A DNA stretch of 64,000 bases, from assembly GCA_963819815.1 (NCBI GenBank), contig CAWFXL010000001.1:32001-96000 (forward strand). Reading direction: 5' to 3'. The translations under genes were made by a program, and so were the position numbers. A model generated the notes under the pieces. The model saw nothing but the letters and a program-made list of their open reading frames with translations. It was not told the DNA's origin and ran no database searches. Below are positions 29,130-38,146 of the stretch, piece by piece. This stretch comes from an uncultured bacterium (GTDB lineage Bacteria > Babelota > Babeliae > Babelales > Babelaceae). Each line of letters starts with the position of its first letter. The stretch's first letter is position 1.

Positions 29130-31571
29130 TCAGGGGACCACAATCGTTTCAGAAGGTTCTTTGTGAATTCCGTTTCCCGGTTCCCGAGCTAGGAAGGGTA
29201 TAACTGAGTCTCCATTTAAGGAAAGGGCACTTATACCATGCTCAATGAGAATGTCGGCTACTTCAGGGTAGTCGGAGGGAGCTTGACCACAAATGCTCAT
29301 TGGAGTACCAAGGGCTTTCGCTTTATCAAGCGCCATGATGAGCATTTTAATGACGGCAGGATCCCGTTCATTAAAAAGATTGGTGAGCTTTTCAGAATCA
29401 CGATCTACCGCGAGCGTAAATTGAGAAAGATCGTTTGATCCGATAGAGAACCCATCAAAAGAAGTACTAAATTCTTCAAGAAGGATAACATTTGAGGGAA
29501 TCTCACACATCATAAGAATCTCAAGGTTATTCTCGCCGCGGATAAGACTATGCTCGGTAAGTGCTGCCAACGTGCAGCTTGCTTCATAGAGGTTCCGTAC
29601 AAAGGGGACAAGAATCTTAATATTGGTAAATCCCATCTCTTCACGAGCCTTTTTTAGGGCACTACATTCAAGTGCGAACGCGGGGGCATATTCAGGATCA
29701 CAATAACGCACTGCTCCTCTAAATCCAAGCATAGGATTTTCTTCAATCGGCTCAAAGTCTTCACCCGCTAGAAGGTTTCGATATTCATTGGTCTTAAAAT
29801 CCGAAAGGCGTACTGTCACTGGTCGTGGGTAAAAGGCAGCAGCTATCATGCCGATGCCCTGCGCAAGAGTTTCTATAAAGAACGTCTTTGGATCGTGCTG
29901 GTAGGGAATACTGAGGGTCTCGATTTTTTTCTTAATATGCGGATCAGAAATGAGATCAGGCCTACAAACCGCCATAGGGTGCACCTTGATAGCATTTGAA
30001 ATAATAAATTCAACGCGGGCAAGACCAACACCTGACACCGGTAAAAAGGATTGTAGATAGGCTCGGTCGGGATCTGCAATATTGAGAAAAATAGGAACCC
30101 GTGGCTTGGGAAGTGAAGTAAGCCTAGTTTTAGTAATGGTGTACCCAAGAGATCCCTCATACACATAGCCTACGGCACTATGGCTCGTATCGATCGTTAT
30201 CATATGAGAATCATTGATAGTACTTGTAGCATCGCCAGTGCCGATGACTGCAGGAATGCCAAGCTCACGACTTACGATAGCAGCATGACAAGTGCGGCCC
30301 CCTTTATCGGTGACAATAGCTGACGCTTTTTTCATAAGAGGTACCCAGTCAGGATCGGTCATGGTTGTAACCAGTACATCCCCTTGATTAAACTGAGCAT
30401 GTTCATGGATATTTTTTAAGATACGAGCCTTACCTCGGGCTATGCCATGACCAATACTGAGCCCTTTTGTTAAAAGGTGGCATGGACCTTCCTCTAACTT
30501 ATAGTGGACGAGCATATCCATATCTTTTTGGCGACTATACACCGTTTCTGGCCGAGCTTGTACAATATATAGCTGCTCGTCGATGCCATCTTTAGCCCAC
30601 TCGATATCCATAGGGGACCATCGGCCGCTAAGCGTAGTATAATAGTTTTCGATGAGGATGGTTTGCCGAGTGAGCTCAAGAATTTCGTTATCAGAGAGTG
30701 AGAATGAATGTTGCATCTCAAGAGGAACGCTTACATTATCAAGAGAGTTGCCCTTATCTCCATAGATGAGCCGAAACTCTTTCGTTCCAAGCTGCTTTTT
30801 TATAATAGGTCGATAGCCAAGTTCAAGTGTTTGCTTATGCACATGGAATTCATCAGGGTTAACAACCCCTTTCACAATGTTTTCACCAAGTCCATAGGAC
30901 GAGGTAATCACCACGACTTCCTTAAAGCCTGTATCAGTATCGAGAGAAAAAATCACGCCCGAGCTTCCTTTATCTGATCGGACCATCTTCTGGATTCCTA
31001 CAGAGATGCCGACTTTGAAATGATCAAAGCCCTGTTCGATACGATAGACAAGTGCTCGATCGGTAAAGAGTGAAGCCATACATTTTTTTACCGATTCAAG
31101 AAGCTCATGAGAACCTTTAATATTCAGATAGGTATCCTGCTGACCTGCAAAAGAGGCATGAGGAAGATCTTCTGCCGTTGCTGAAGAGCGTACGGCGACA
31201 TCAATGTTTTCTTTTTCATAATGAGAGGCGAGCTGCTCATAGGCCATGAGAATCTCAGTCATAAGCTCATCCGGTAGGGGTGCTTCGTCGATTAGTGCTC
31301 GCAAGGAGGCACCTACTTTTTGTACATGGGTAATCGATGAATCTCGTTCTAGCTGTGCAAGGATACTCCTCATTTGAGGAACAAGCTTATTCTGTTCAAG
31401 ATGGTCCCAGTAGGCTTGTGTGGTTATTGCAAAGCCTAAGGGAATACGCATCTTATGTTCAGGGTCAAGTGCCATAAGATGTTGGATCATCTCTCCCAAT
31501 GAGGCATTCTTACCACCAACAAGAGGTACGTCCTTCATTGAAAGTTCAGTATAGAACTTTATGTATTCCAT
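29130..31571 (-). CDS. ppsA: Phosphoenolpyruvate synthase
   Basis: VGGKNASLGEM, VAVRSSATAEDLP, DIEWAKDG, GGRTCHAAIVSRELG (phospho-His), EENPMLGFRG, FSIGSNDL. Confidence 0.97.
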   Translation of the reverse strand: MEYIKFYTELSMKDVPLVGGKNASLGEMIQHLMALDPEHKMRIPLGFAITTQAYWDHLEQNKLVPQMRSILAQLERDSSITHVQKVGASLRALIDEAPLPDELMTEILMAYEQLASHYEKENIDVAVRSSATAEDLPHASFAGQQDTYLNIKGSHELLESVKKCMASLFTDRALVYRIEQGFDHFKVGISVGIQKMVRSDKGSSGVIFSLDTDTGFKEVVVITSSYGLGENIVKGVVNPDEFHVHKQTLELGYRPIIKKQLGTKEFRLIYGDKGNSLDNVSVPLEMQHSFSLSDNEILELTRQTILIENYYTTLSGRWSPMDIEWAKDGIDEQLYIVQARPETVYSRQKDMDMLVHYKLEEGPCHLLTKGLSIGHGIARGKARILKNIHEHAQFNQGDVLVTTMTDPDWVPLMKKASAIVTDKGGRTCHAAIVSRELGIPAVIGTGDATSTINDSHMITIDTSHSAVGYVYEGSLGYTITKTRLTSLPKPRVPIFLNIADPDRAYLQSFLPVSGVGLARVEFIISNAIKVHPMAVCRPDLISDPHIKKKIETLSIPYQHDPKTFFIETLAQGIGMIAAAFYPRPVTVRLSDFKTNEYRNLLAGEDFEPIEENPMLGFRGAVRYCDPEYAPAFALECSALKKAREEMGFTNIKILVPFVRNLYEASCTLAALTEHSLIRGENNLEILMMCEIPSNVILLEEFSTSFDGFSIGSNDLSQFTLAVDRDSEKLTNLFNERDPAVIKMLIMALDKAKALGTPMSICGQAPSDYPEVADILIEHGISALSLNGDSVIPFLAREPGNGIHKEPSETIVVP

Positions 31572-31579
31572 CGTTTTTC

Positions 31580-32494
31580 CTAAAGATTATCCTGAATCAT
31601 TTTTGCAGGGTTATAGAGGAACGATTCAGGGGTATCTACATCGGCAAGGAATTTGCGTAGAGCAGGACCAAGTTCTGGGTCCTGTAAACTAGTACCTACA
31701 ACAGCTTTTATCCAGCCTAGATGAGAGCCAATATCATAGCGCGTACCCTGTACTTTGTAAGCAAAGATACGTTCACCACTATGTAATAAATTGGTGATAG
31801 CATCAGTAAGCGAAAGAGTTTCTTGGTCGTAGGCCATCATCTCGTCGATGACGGTCATTATTTTTGAGGAGAGCACATAGCGTCCTACAATCGCCAATGA
31901 AGAAGGAGCATCTTTAGGTTGAGGCTTTTCAACTACTTGAGATACCTGGAAAAGGTTTGGTGTAATTGCTTTCTTAATGCCGATGACGCCATACGAAGAG
32001 ATGCATTCTGAAGGAACCTCCTGGACCGCAATAACGCTCGCTTTTTCTTGGCGGGCAATTCGTATGAGCTGACTTAAAGCAGGTAGTTTTCCAAAAATAA
32101 GATCGTCAGGATGGGCTACAGCGAAGTATTCTTTATGAATACAGTTGCGGGCAAGCCATATGGCATGGGCAGTTCCAAGCGGCTCATACTGTGCAATTTC
32201 AGTGATTTGTAGTGAGCGACTTACTTTTTCAAGGGCACTTAATTGTTCAGACAGATCAGCGTCCTTAAGCTGATGCTCTACGGAACCTGGATTGAAGTGA
32301 TCGAGCATCATGCCTTTTCTTTGCGAAGAAATAAGGATGAGATTGAGAAGTTCCGAGGCAAGTGCTTCTTCAGCAATATGCTGTAATGCTGGCTTGCGTA
32401 AAATAGGCAGCATTTCTCGTGGAACTGATTTGCTATAGGGAAGAAAGCGTTCTCCCGTTCCTGCCGCTGGTACGATAACTTTACAGATCTCCAT
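31580..32494 (-). CDS. galU: UTP--glucose-1-phosphate uridylyltransferase (GalU/GalF family)
   Basis: VIVPAAGTGERFLP, EMLPI, QYEPLGTAHA, VVEKP, LAIVGRY, LTDAI, RYDIG. Confidence 0.88.
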   Translation of the reverse strand: MEICKVIVPAAGTGERFLPYSKSVPREMLPILRKPALQHIAEEALASELLNLILISSQRKGMMLDHFNPGSVEHQLKDADLSEQLSALEKVSRSLQITEIAQYEPLGTAHAIWLARNCIHKEYFAVAHPDDLIFGKLPALSQLIRIARQEKASVIAVQEVPSECISSYGVIGIKKAITPNLFQVSQVVEKPQPKDAPSSLAIVGRYVLSSKIMTVIDEMMAYDQETLSLTDAITNLLHSGERIFAYKVQGTRYDIGSHLGWIKAVVGTSLQDPELGPALRKFLADVDTPESFLYNPAKMIQDNL

Positions 32495-32506
32495 AGATAC
32501 TTTCCT

Positions 32507-33541
32507 TTAAAATTGTGTAAGAAAATCCAGTTTATTTGAATGTAATAATCTAATATCAGTAATTCCATACTTAAGCATGACAAGACGGGTCAGCCCAAGA
32601 CCAAAGGCAAAGCCGCTATATATTTCTGGATCTAGATCGCAGGCTCGTAATACATTGGGATGGGTAAGTCCAGCACCGCCGATTTCGATCCATCGACTTC
32701 GCTTGCAGACAGAGCATCCTGCTGTACAGAACGGGCAGCTCATATCAAATTCTATCCCCGGTTCTACAAAGGGGAAATAGCTTGGCCGTATCTGGATCGT
32801 CAGATCCTTTTTTTCAAAGAGCGTTTGAAGAAATGTTTCCATCGTTGCTATTAAATGAGCTAAAGAGACCCCTTTATCAACATACAGTCCTTCAAGTTGC
32901 ATGAACATAAAATCATGCGAAGCATCTGTCGCCTCATTTCGGTAAGCGCGCCCAGGTACGGCAATTGCAATCGGCGGCTTTTGCGACCTCATAGTATGAA
33001 TCTCAACTGATGAGGTATGTGTGCGCATGACATGCGAAGGGAAATTTAACCAGAAGGTATCTTGCATATCTCGAGCAGGGTGACCAGCAGGGATATTCAG
33101 TGCCTCAAAATTATAATATTCTGTTTCAAGTTCAGGTCCGTCGACGATATCAAATCCCATACTTATAAAAATATCTTCTACACGTTCAACAACGTGTGTA
33201 TAGGGATGAAGGGATCCCATCTGCTGTAGGGGTTTATATGCGGTGACGTCAAAGTTTTTACTTCGAAGTTGTTCAAGATGAATACGTTCATCAACGAATT
33301 TCTGCTCGCGAGCTTTATAGGCCTGTTGTAGGGATTCCTTGAGTGTATTGACGAGCGGTCCTACGATTTTTTTTTCTTCAGTATCGAGTGATTTAAGACG
33401 GTGCACAAAATCTTGCAGCAAGCCTTGACGGCTGAGATGCTTGATTCGAAACGTTTCTAATTCATCTAAACTTCTTACCAAGGAAAGCTCTTCAAAAAAA
33501 GCATTTTCATAGAGCTCAAGCTGGGACGACATTGTTGACAT
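32507..33541 (-). CDS. pheS: Phenylalanine--tRNA ligase alpha subunit
   Basis: HPARDMQDTF, RTHTS, YFPFVEP, FAFGLGLTRLVMLKYGITDIR. Confidence 0.97.
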   Translation of the reverse strand: MSTMSSQLELYENAFFEELSLVRSLDELETFRIKHLSRQGLLQDFVHRLKSLDTEEKKIVGPLVNTLKESLQQAYKAREQKFVDERIHLEQLRSKNFDVTAYKPLQQMGSLHPYTHVVERVEDIFISMGFDIVDGPELETEYYNFEALNIPAGHPARDMQDTFWLNFPSHVMRTHTSSVEIHTMRSQKPPIAIAVPGRAYRNEATDASHDFMFMQLEGLYVDKGVSLAHLIATMETFLQTLFEKKDLTIQIRPSYFPFVEPGIEFDMSCPFCTAGCSVCKRSRWIEIGGAGLTHPNVLRACDLDPEIYSGFAFGLGLTRLVMLKYGITDIRLLHSNKLDFLTQF

Positions 33542-33819
33542 TGTTACAACCTTGGTTATCAATTATTCACCAGCTCTAATCCTACCAGAGAGAGCTCTAC
33601 TTGGCAATGTATATGCGCATAGCAAAGTTTCCAAGGTTGAATGCGGATATATTTTTAATAACTCTGAGCGTATGAGCTCAGAGATCAGGTTTTGACAGGT
33701 GTTTGGTAACCTTAAGGAGAAGTGTCGCATCAAAATGAGGGACTTGCGCTTGGTTGGAAAGCTTGATGAGTTCAGGACTTAGTGGGATAAGCAACTGTTA
33801 TCCTGAAGTTTGTAAGATG

Positions 33820-34947
33820 CTAACTCTTAAACAAAGAGGCATATATTCCATAGCCTTCTTTCTCAAGATCAGCAGCAGGTATAAAGCGCAAAGCAGCAGA
33901 ATTCATACAATAACGTAATCCTGTTGGTGGTGGTCCGTCAGGGAATACGTGTCCAAGGTGTGAATTGGCATGCTTACTCAATACTTCAGTACGAGTAGTA
34001 AACCATCCATTGTCTTCTCGCTCGATAATATTTGCTTTCTCAAGAGGTTTGGTAAAGCTTGGCCAGCCGGTGTGGGCATCATATTTATCAAGAGAACTAA
34101 AAAGAGGCTCCCCAGAGACGATATCAACATAGATGCCTGGACGCTTGTTATCCCAGTACTCATTTTTGTATGCAGGTTCGGTCCCCTTTTGCTGGGTCAC
34201 TTTATATTGCAGAGGAGTGAGCTTTTTTCTCAGTTCTGCATCAGAGGGTTTTTGATAGGTTGAGTGCGATGATACTGCATCTTTGAGAACTGTAGATTGG
34301 ACCGTGAAGTTTGAGGGCTTACTCCAGGCTTTGGTAAGAAATGCATCTCGTCCGGAGCGGTATCTAAAGAACTTATAGCGTATAGGATTCTTTTTATAGT
34401 AGTCCTGATGGTACTCTTCAGCAGGGTAAAAGATGCTCGCAGGTAAGATTTCCGTTACAATGGGCTTATCAAATTGATGGGATCCTTGAAGGGCCTCTTT
34501 AGAAGCTTGGGCCTCTTTCTTTTGCTCCTCAGAAGCATAGAAGATTGCAGATCGATATTGAGGACCGCGGTCGACAAATTGTCCTTGAGCATCGGTTGGG
34601 TCGATATTATGCCAAAATACTTCAAGCAGTTTTCCGTAGGAAATGGCCTGAGGGTCATAGGTTACCTGTACAACTTCGATATGTCCTTTTTGTGCATAAT
34701 CCTCATAAGTAGGATGGGAGCCAGAACCGCCCATGTATCCAGATACCACGCTTTGTACCCCATTAAGGGTATCAAAAGGGTGAACCATACACCAGAAGCA
34801 TCCGCCTGCAAATGTGGCTTTTTCTGTTTTCATTGAGGAACCTTTCTTGTTGAGGGACGTATGCATAGGTTTTTGAGCTTTCCCTATATAGAGATAGCCA
34901 AATAGGAGAGTAGCTAGGCCTAGTACTACGATGATACTTTTTTCCAT
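33820..34947 (-). CDS. msrAB: Fused methionine sulfoxide reductase MsrA/MsrB with N-terminal membrane anchor
   Basis: [44 protein letters not shown]; hydrophobic N-terminus. Confidence 0.95.
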   Translation of the reverse strand: MEKSIIVVLGLATLLFGYLYIGKAQKPMHTSLNKKGSSMKTEKATFAGGCFWCMVHPFDTLNGVQSVVSGYMGGSGSHPTYEDYAQKGHIEVVQVTYDPQAISYGKLLEVFWHNIDPTDAQGQFVDRGPQYRSAIFYASEEQKKEAQASKEALQGSHQFDKPIVTEILPASIFYPAEEYHQDYYKKNPIRYKFFRYRSGRDAFLTKAWSKPSNFTVQSTVLKDAVSSHSTYQKPSDAELRKKLTPLQYKVTQQKGTEPAYKNEYWDNKRPGIYVDIVSGEPLFSSLDKYDAHTGWPSFTKPLEKANIIEREDNGWFTTRTEVLSKHANSHLGHVFPDGPPPTGLRYCMNSAALRFIPAADLEKEGYGIYASLFKS

Positions 34948-35059
34948 AAAGATATTTTCGAAAGAGGTTTAAAAAAGCGTAACAAAGTTGAATTTCGAAA
35001 GGTAGTTGGAAACGCCAAAGCGTTTCCGACTATCCGAGCTTATACTATTACAGCTCTAT

Positions 35060-35584
35060 TTATTGAATTATGTACTTTGTGGATTCAGTAGCCTTGTCCA
35101 AATCTGTGATAATCCGCCCGTACGTCTTAGCTTCTGAACCGAGTACCGAGTGTTCACTGCCAAAGTACCTTTGTATTACTTTAACGTATGAGTCTCCAAA
35201 CGCATGAAGAAATCGGGCTTTATCAGAGTCATTGCCAAACAGAAGCAACATATGAAGATACAATAATGAAGAGGCTGCCGCCTCAAGTTCTCTGTTGCTA
35301 GGATTCGGTTCTTTAGCAATCTTTTCTGCCTTATTAATTATATCTCCAGCGGCGTTTGCGAGTTCGGCTGATATTTTCTCGAAATATTGTGGGTTGCTTT
35401 TGAAGAATAATGCTTCGTCTCGTAATTCGTGAGAGCTAGGCCAATTGAAATGATTCAAATAAGAATAGGTTATTTGATTAATTAAGTTCTTTGCGTCCTC
35501 TTCAGCAAGCACTGCTTGGGCGGCTGAGAGCGAGCATGAAACAATAACTGATAGTAAAACACTTGCTATATAGTGATTTTTCAT
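35060..35584 (-). CDS. Hypothetical secreted protein
   Basis: GAGGAG RBS, signal peptide ending SLSA-AQ, 174 aa, no recognised motif. Confidence 0.7.
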   Translation of the reverse strand: MKNHYIASVLLSVIVSCSLSAAQAVLAEEDAKNLINQITYSYLNHFNWPSSHELRDEALFFKSNPQYFEKISAELANAAGDIINKAEKIAKEPNPSNRELEAAASSLLYLHMLLLFGNDSDKARFLHAFGDSYVKVIQRYFGSEHSVLGSEAKTYGRIITDLDKATESTKYIIQ

Positions 35585-35999
35585 GGGGGAATCTCCTCGT
35601 TAAGTTATTATGGCCAATATAAAATCGCATATTGGCTTTGTAGACCTATTCTTAATCATACAGTATATCGACAATTTATGCAATAATTACATAAATTTTT
35701 TTTATAAACATTTCTATTCGTCGTGGCCTCGTCAGGTCTAGTTGCAATGGTATTCTCATTACACATAGGCTAAGGACTTGCAGGTACGCCTATGCGGCCT
35801 ACTAACTGATATAATTGCTTTTAAAGGAGGTTGAAATATATGGTATTGGGTGATCACTCTTAAAAAAAGCCGTTGCAGCAGAAGTGCAATAAAAGTTTGA
35901 TGTTTTTTTTGGATTTACGGAAGCGATAGAATATGAATTGCAAAGTGTGCAATCGGCACTAGATCTCATTATTGTTGACCGTAAAGAAGGTTTAGAAAG

Positions 36000-36027
36000 T
36001 TGACAAAAAGGCGCAAGAGGGTAATCT
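36000..36027 (+). promoter_or_regulatory. Sigma-70 promoter of tRNA-Phe
   Basis: TTGACA-N16-TAATCT, 10 bp upstream of the tRNA. Confidence 0.6.
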
Positions 36028-36037
36028 ACCTATATAC

Positions 36038-36112
36038 GCCGAGGTAGCTCAGTGGTAGAGCAGAAGCCTGAAGAGCTTCGTGTCGATGGTTCGATTCCGT
36101 CTCTCGGCACCA
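36038..36112 (+). tRNA. tRNA-Phe (GAA)
   Basis: Acceptor gccgagg/tctcggc+ACCA, D arm gctcagtggtagagc, anticodon arm gaagc-ctGAAga-gcttc, T loop GTTCGATTC. Confidence 0.97.
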
Positions 36113-36120
36113 AAATATAA

Positions 36121-36153
36121 CGATCTCCTGTGATTCACAGGAGATCGCTTTTT
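36121..36153 (+). terminator. Terminator after tRNA-Phe
   Basis: cgatctcctgtg-att-cacaggagatcg followed by cttttt. Confidence 0.85.
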
Positions 36154-36211
36154 AAAAAAGGGGGAAGGTGATGCTTCTAAAATTTTTTACAAGGAAAAAA
36201 TCACCTTATCT

Positions 36212-36232
36212 GGCCCGTGCACTGCACGGGCC
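36212..36232 (-). terminator. Perfect hairpin 10 bp after the small Cys-rich gene
   Basis: ggcccgtgc-act-gcacgggcc. Confidence 0.6.
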
Positions 36233-36241
36233 TAAGGATAC

Positions 36242-36421
36242 TTAGTTACAGCAGCTTGAACAGCTAGAGCAACTATCGCAACCACAATCGTTACCACAAT
36301 CATTATAGTTGTAATTATAGCAGCTGTTACAACATCCGCCGCCTCTTCCAAAGAAACCAAATGCTGTAGTTGGAACTATCAAAGCTGCGCCAAGCGCAAT
36401 TAGGGTCAATACTTTTTTCAT
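36242..36421 (-). CDS. 59-aa secreted cysteine-rich peptide (not in the ORF track)
   Basis: AAGGA RBS; MKKVLTLIALGAALIVPTTAFGFFGRGGGCCNSCYNYNYNDCGNDCGCDSCSSCSSCCN*; 10 Cys in the last 30 aa. Confidence 0.8.
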   Translation of the reverse strand: MKKVLTLIALGAALIVPTTAFGFFGRGGGCCNSCYNYNYNDCGNDCGCDSCSSCSSCCN

Positions 36422-36564
36422 GGTATATCCTTTTATTTTGGGTTTTACTTGTATTACTACTATACCTATCTTAGAATATTTCTTTTCTAATTGTCAATAA
36501 TTATGGCAAAAAGAATACCATGCGGCCTTAGGGTCACATAGTATCCTTTTATGGAATAGTTATC

Positions 36565-37053
36565 TTAAATCGTGTCGAGCGCTTCTTCCATAGGTTGGGT
36601 AGGTGCGGCCGGTTTTGCTGGACCTGCTGGTGCAGGAACTCCTGTTTCTGCTAGAAAAGAGCCATTTTCATCAAAGGTTTCATACCCGTTTCCTTGAAGG
36701 CATGGCGCAGGCTCACAAGGAGGCGCTATAGGTGGGCAGCAAGCTGGACGTGGTCTGCAGCAGCGCAGACGTGGACAGCAGGTACGTTTCGGTCTGCATT
36801 TGGGCCTACATTTACGAGCTCTTGGACCGCAGCAGTTACGCCAGCGTTGAGAACCGGTATATCTTCGACCACCACATTCTTGTTGTGGGCAACATGATCG
36901 TTCGCTATACGTTCTTGGGCAACATGAATATGGCTTTTCGCAGCCGCTTTGAGTGCAGCAGCTGCTTGACTCTGAGGTATACATCACGTCTTGTGCCAAT
37001 ACGCTTGCTTGGGCGATCATCGTAAAGAGGAGTGTGATAATTTTTTTGTTCAT
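36565..37053 (-). CDS. Secreted Cys/Arg/Pro-rich protein (20 Cys, 7 CC pairs)
   Basis: AAGGA RBS, signal peptide ending VLA-QD; CCP/CRP repeats; acidic Pro-rich tail. Confidence 0.8.
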   Translation of the reverse strand: MNKKIITLLFTMIAQASVLAQDVMYTSESSSCCTQSGCEKPYSCCPRTYSERSCCPQQECGGRRYTGSQRWRNCCGPRARKCRPKCRPKRTCCPRLRCCRPRPACCPPIAPPCEPAPCLQGNGYETFDENGSFLAETGVPAPAGPAKPAAPTQPMEEALDTI

Positions 37054-37194
37054 GAGTATTCCTTTTATGAATAACTTCTAATTGTACGATACTAGCCAAA
37101 CTACTAGTTCTAGCTTACCTAAAGGTAAAGAAACAAATCAAGATTTGACTTATATTACAAATGGAATAATTGGGGGGCTATCTAGAAGATACTC

Positions 37195-37425
37195 TTAGAA
37201 TCGATGCTTAGAGTAACGCTTTCGACGAGCACGGGCTAGAAGAGCGGTAAGGGGGGTGCAGGACAGGACCCTTCGGAAAATAAGAGGAATAGCTTTATAC
37301 AGAGGAAAGTCTTGAAGCATAAGACGAGCATATTTTGTGCAAGACAATTTATAGCGGCAGCATCCAGGTGGCCCAACTAGTGGCCGTAAAAGCGTTATGA
37401 ATGCAACTATTAGAATCCGCAACAT
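37195..37425 (-). CDS. yidD: Membrane protein insertion efficiency factor YidD
   Basis: CRYKLSCTKYA and RRVLSCTP match the YidD CRFxPTCSxYA / RILRCHP pattern; downstream of rnpA. Confidence 0.8.
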   Translation of the reverse strand: MLRILIVAFITLLRPLVGPPGCCRYKLSCTKYARLMLQDFPLYKAIPLIFRRVLSCTPLTALLARARRKRYSKHRF

Positions 37426-37459
37426 GAGTATTTCCTCGATAGTAGTAATATTAGTATAG

Positions 37460-37828
37460 CTACTTCGAAGGTACACTTCTAGAGGGTAATTTTCTTGATG
37501 CTTCAAAAAGGATGGCCTTGAGGTCTTCAAAAGAGAGATCTGCAGATCCTTTTCGAGAATACACAACAAAATCGTATGAGTAATTAAAAATTTTCTCTTC
37601 CCGGAAAATAGCTTTAAGCCGGCGCCTCAAGAGATTGCGCTGGGGGGCGTTACCTATTTTCCTTGGGGTAATTATAAGAATTCGTCCCGGTAGGCGGGAC
37701 GAATCTGAATCTCGTGGTCGTGAACGTATGTCGAGCTCATCTTGTCTGTGAATAAGATGTGCAGATCGTAGCAGAAGTCTTCGTTCTGGAGGCGTTAATC
37801 GAAAAGGAGATTGAATATCCTTAGGCAT
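37460..37828 (-). CDS. rnpA: Ribonuclease P protein component
   Basis: [22 protein letters not shown] (RNR-motif region), YDFVV; overlaps the rpmH stop. Confidence 0.9.
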   Translation of the reverse strand: MPKDIQSPFRLTPPERRLLLRSAHLIHRQDELDIRSRPRDSDSSRLPGRILIITPRKIGNAPQRNLLRRRLKAIFREEKIFNYSYDFVVYSRKGSADLSFEDLKAILFEASRKLPSRSVPSK

Positions 37829-37961
37829 GCACGGCTAAACGTTTTCTGCTTTTTGCACGACGGCGGTTAATAATCTTTCTTCCATCATGTGTTGACATAC
37901 GATGGAGGAATCCGTGTTTTCTATTTCTTTTTTTGCGCTTGAGCTTAAACGTTATTGACAT
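37821..37961 (-). CDS. rpmH: 50S ribosomal protein L34 (not in the ORF track)
   Basis: [46 protein letters not shown]. Confidence 0.95.
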   Translation of the reverse strand: MSITFKLKRKKRNRKHGFLHRMSTHDGRKIINRRRAKSRKRLAVHA

Positions 37962-38146
37962 AGTGGTTCCTTAATTGTTTGTGCTTCTTATCCTAGTGTA
38001 TAGCATTGTGAAATTTTTTCAAAATATCGGAAAAGGTACGTCATCAGCTGGCTTACCTTAGCATGAAATAGATCTTTCTTCAAAGCTCGTAGTTTTTGCA
38101 TGCGAGTATGTGCTTCATCTACGTTTCTTTGTCGTTATGTGCATAC

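Noticed and set aside
35820..36003. Strong AAGGAGG RBS and a short frame (FDVFFGFTEAIEYELQSVQSALDLIIVD) as a nucleotidyltransferase-antitoxin remnant
   Set aside because: The ATG frame stops after 7 codons and the similarity is too weak to support by eye
36242..36421. RiPP precursor (ranthipeptide/thiopeptide-like Cys/Ser-rich core)
   Set aside because: N-terminus is a hydrophobic Sec-type signal rather than a RiPP leader, and no maturase or transporter is adjacent
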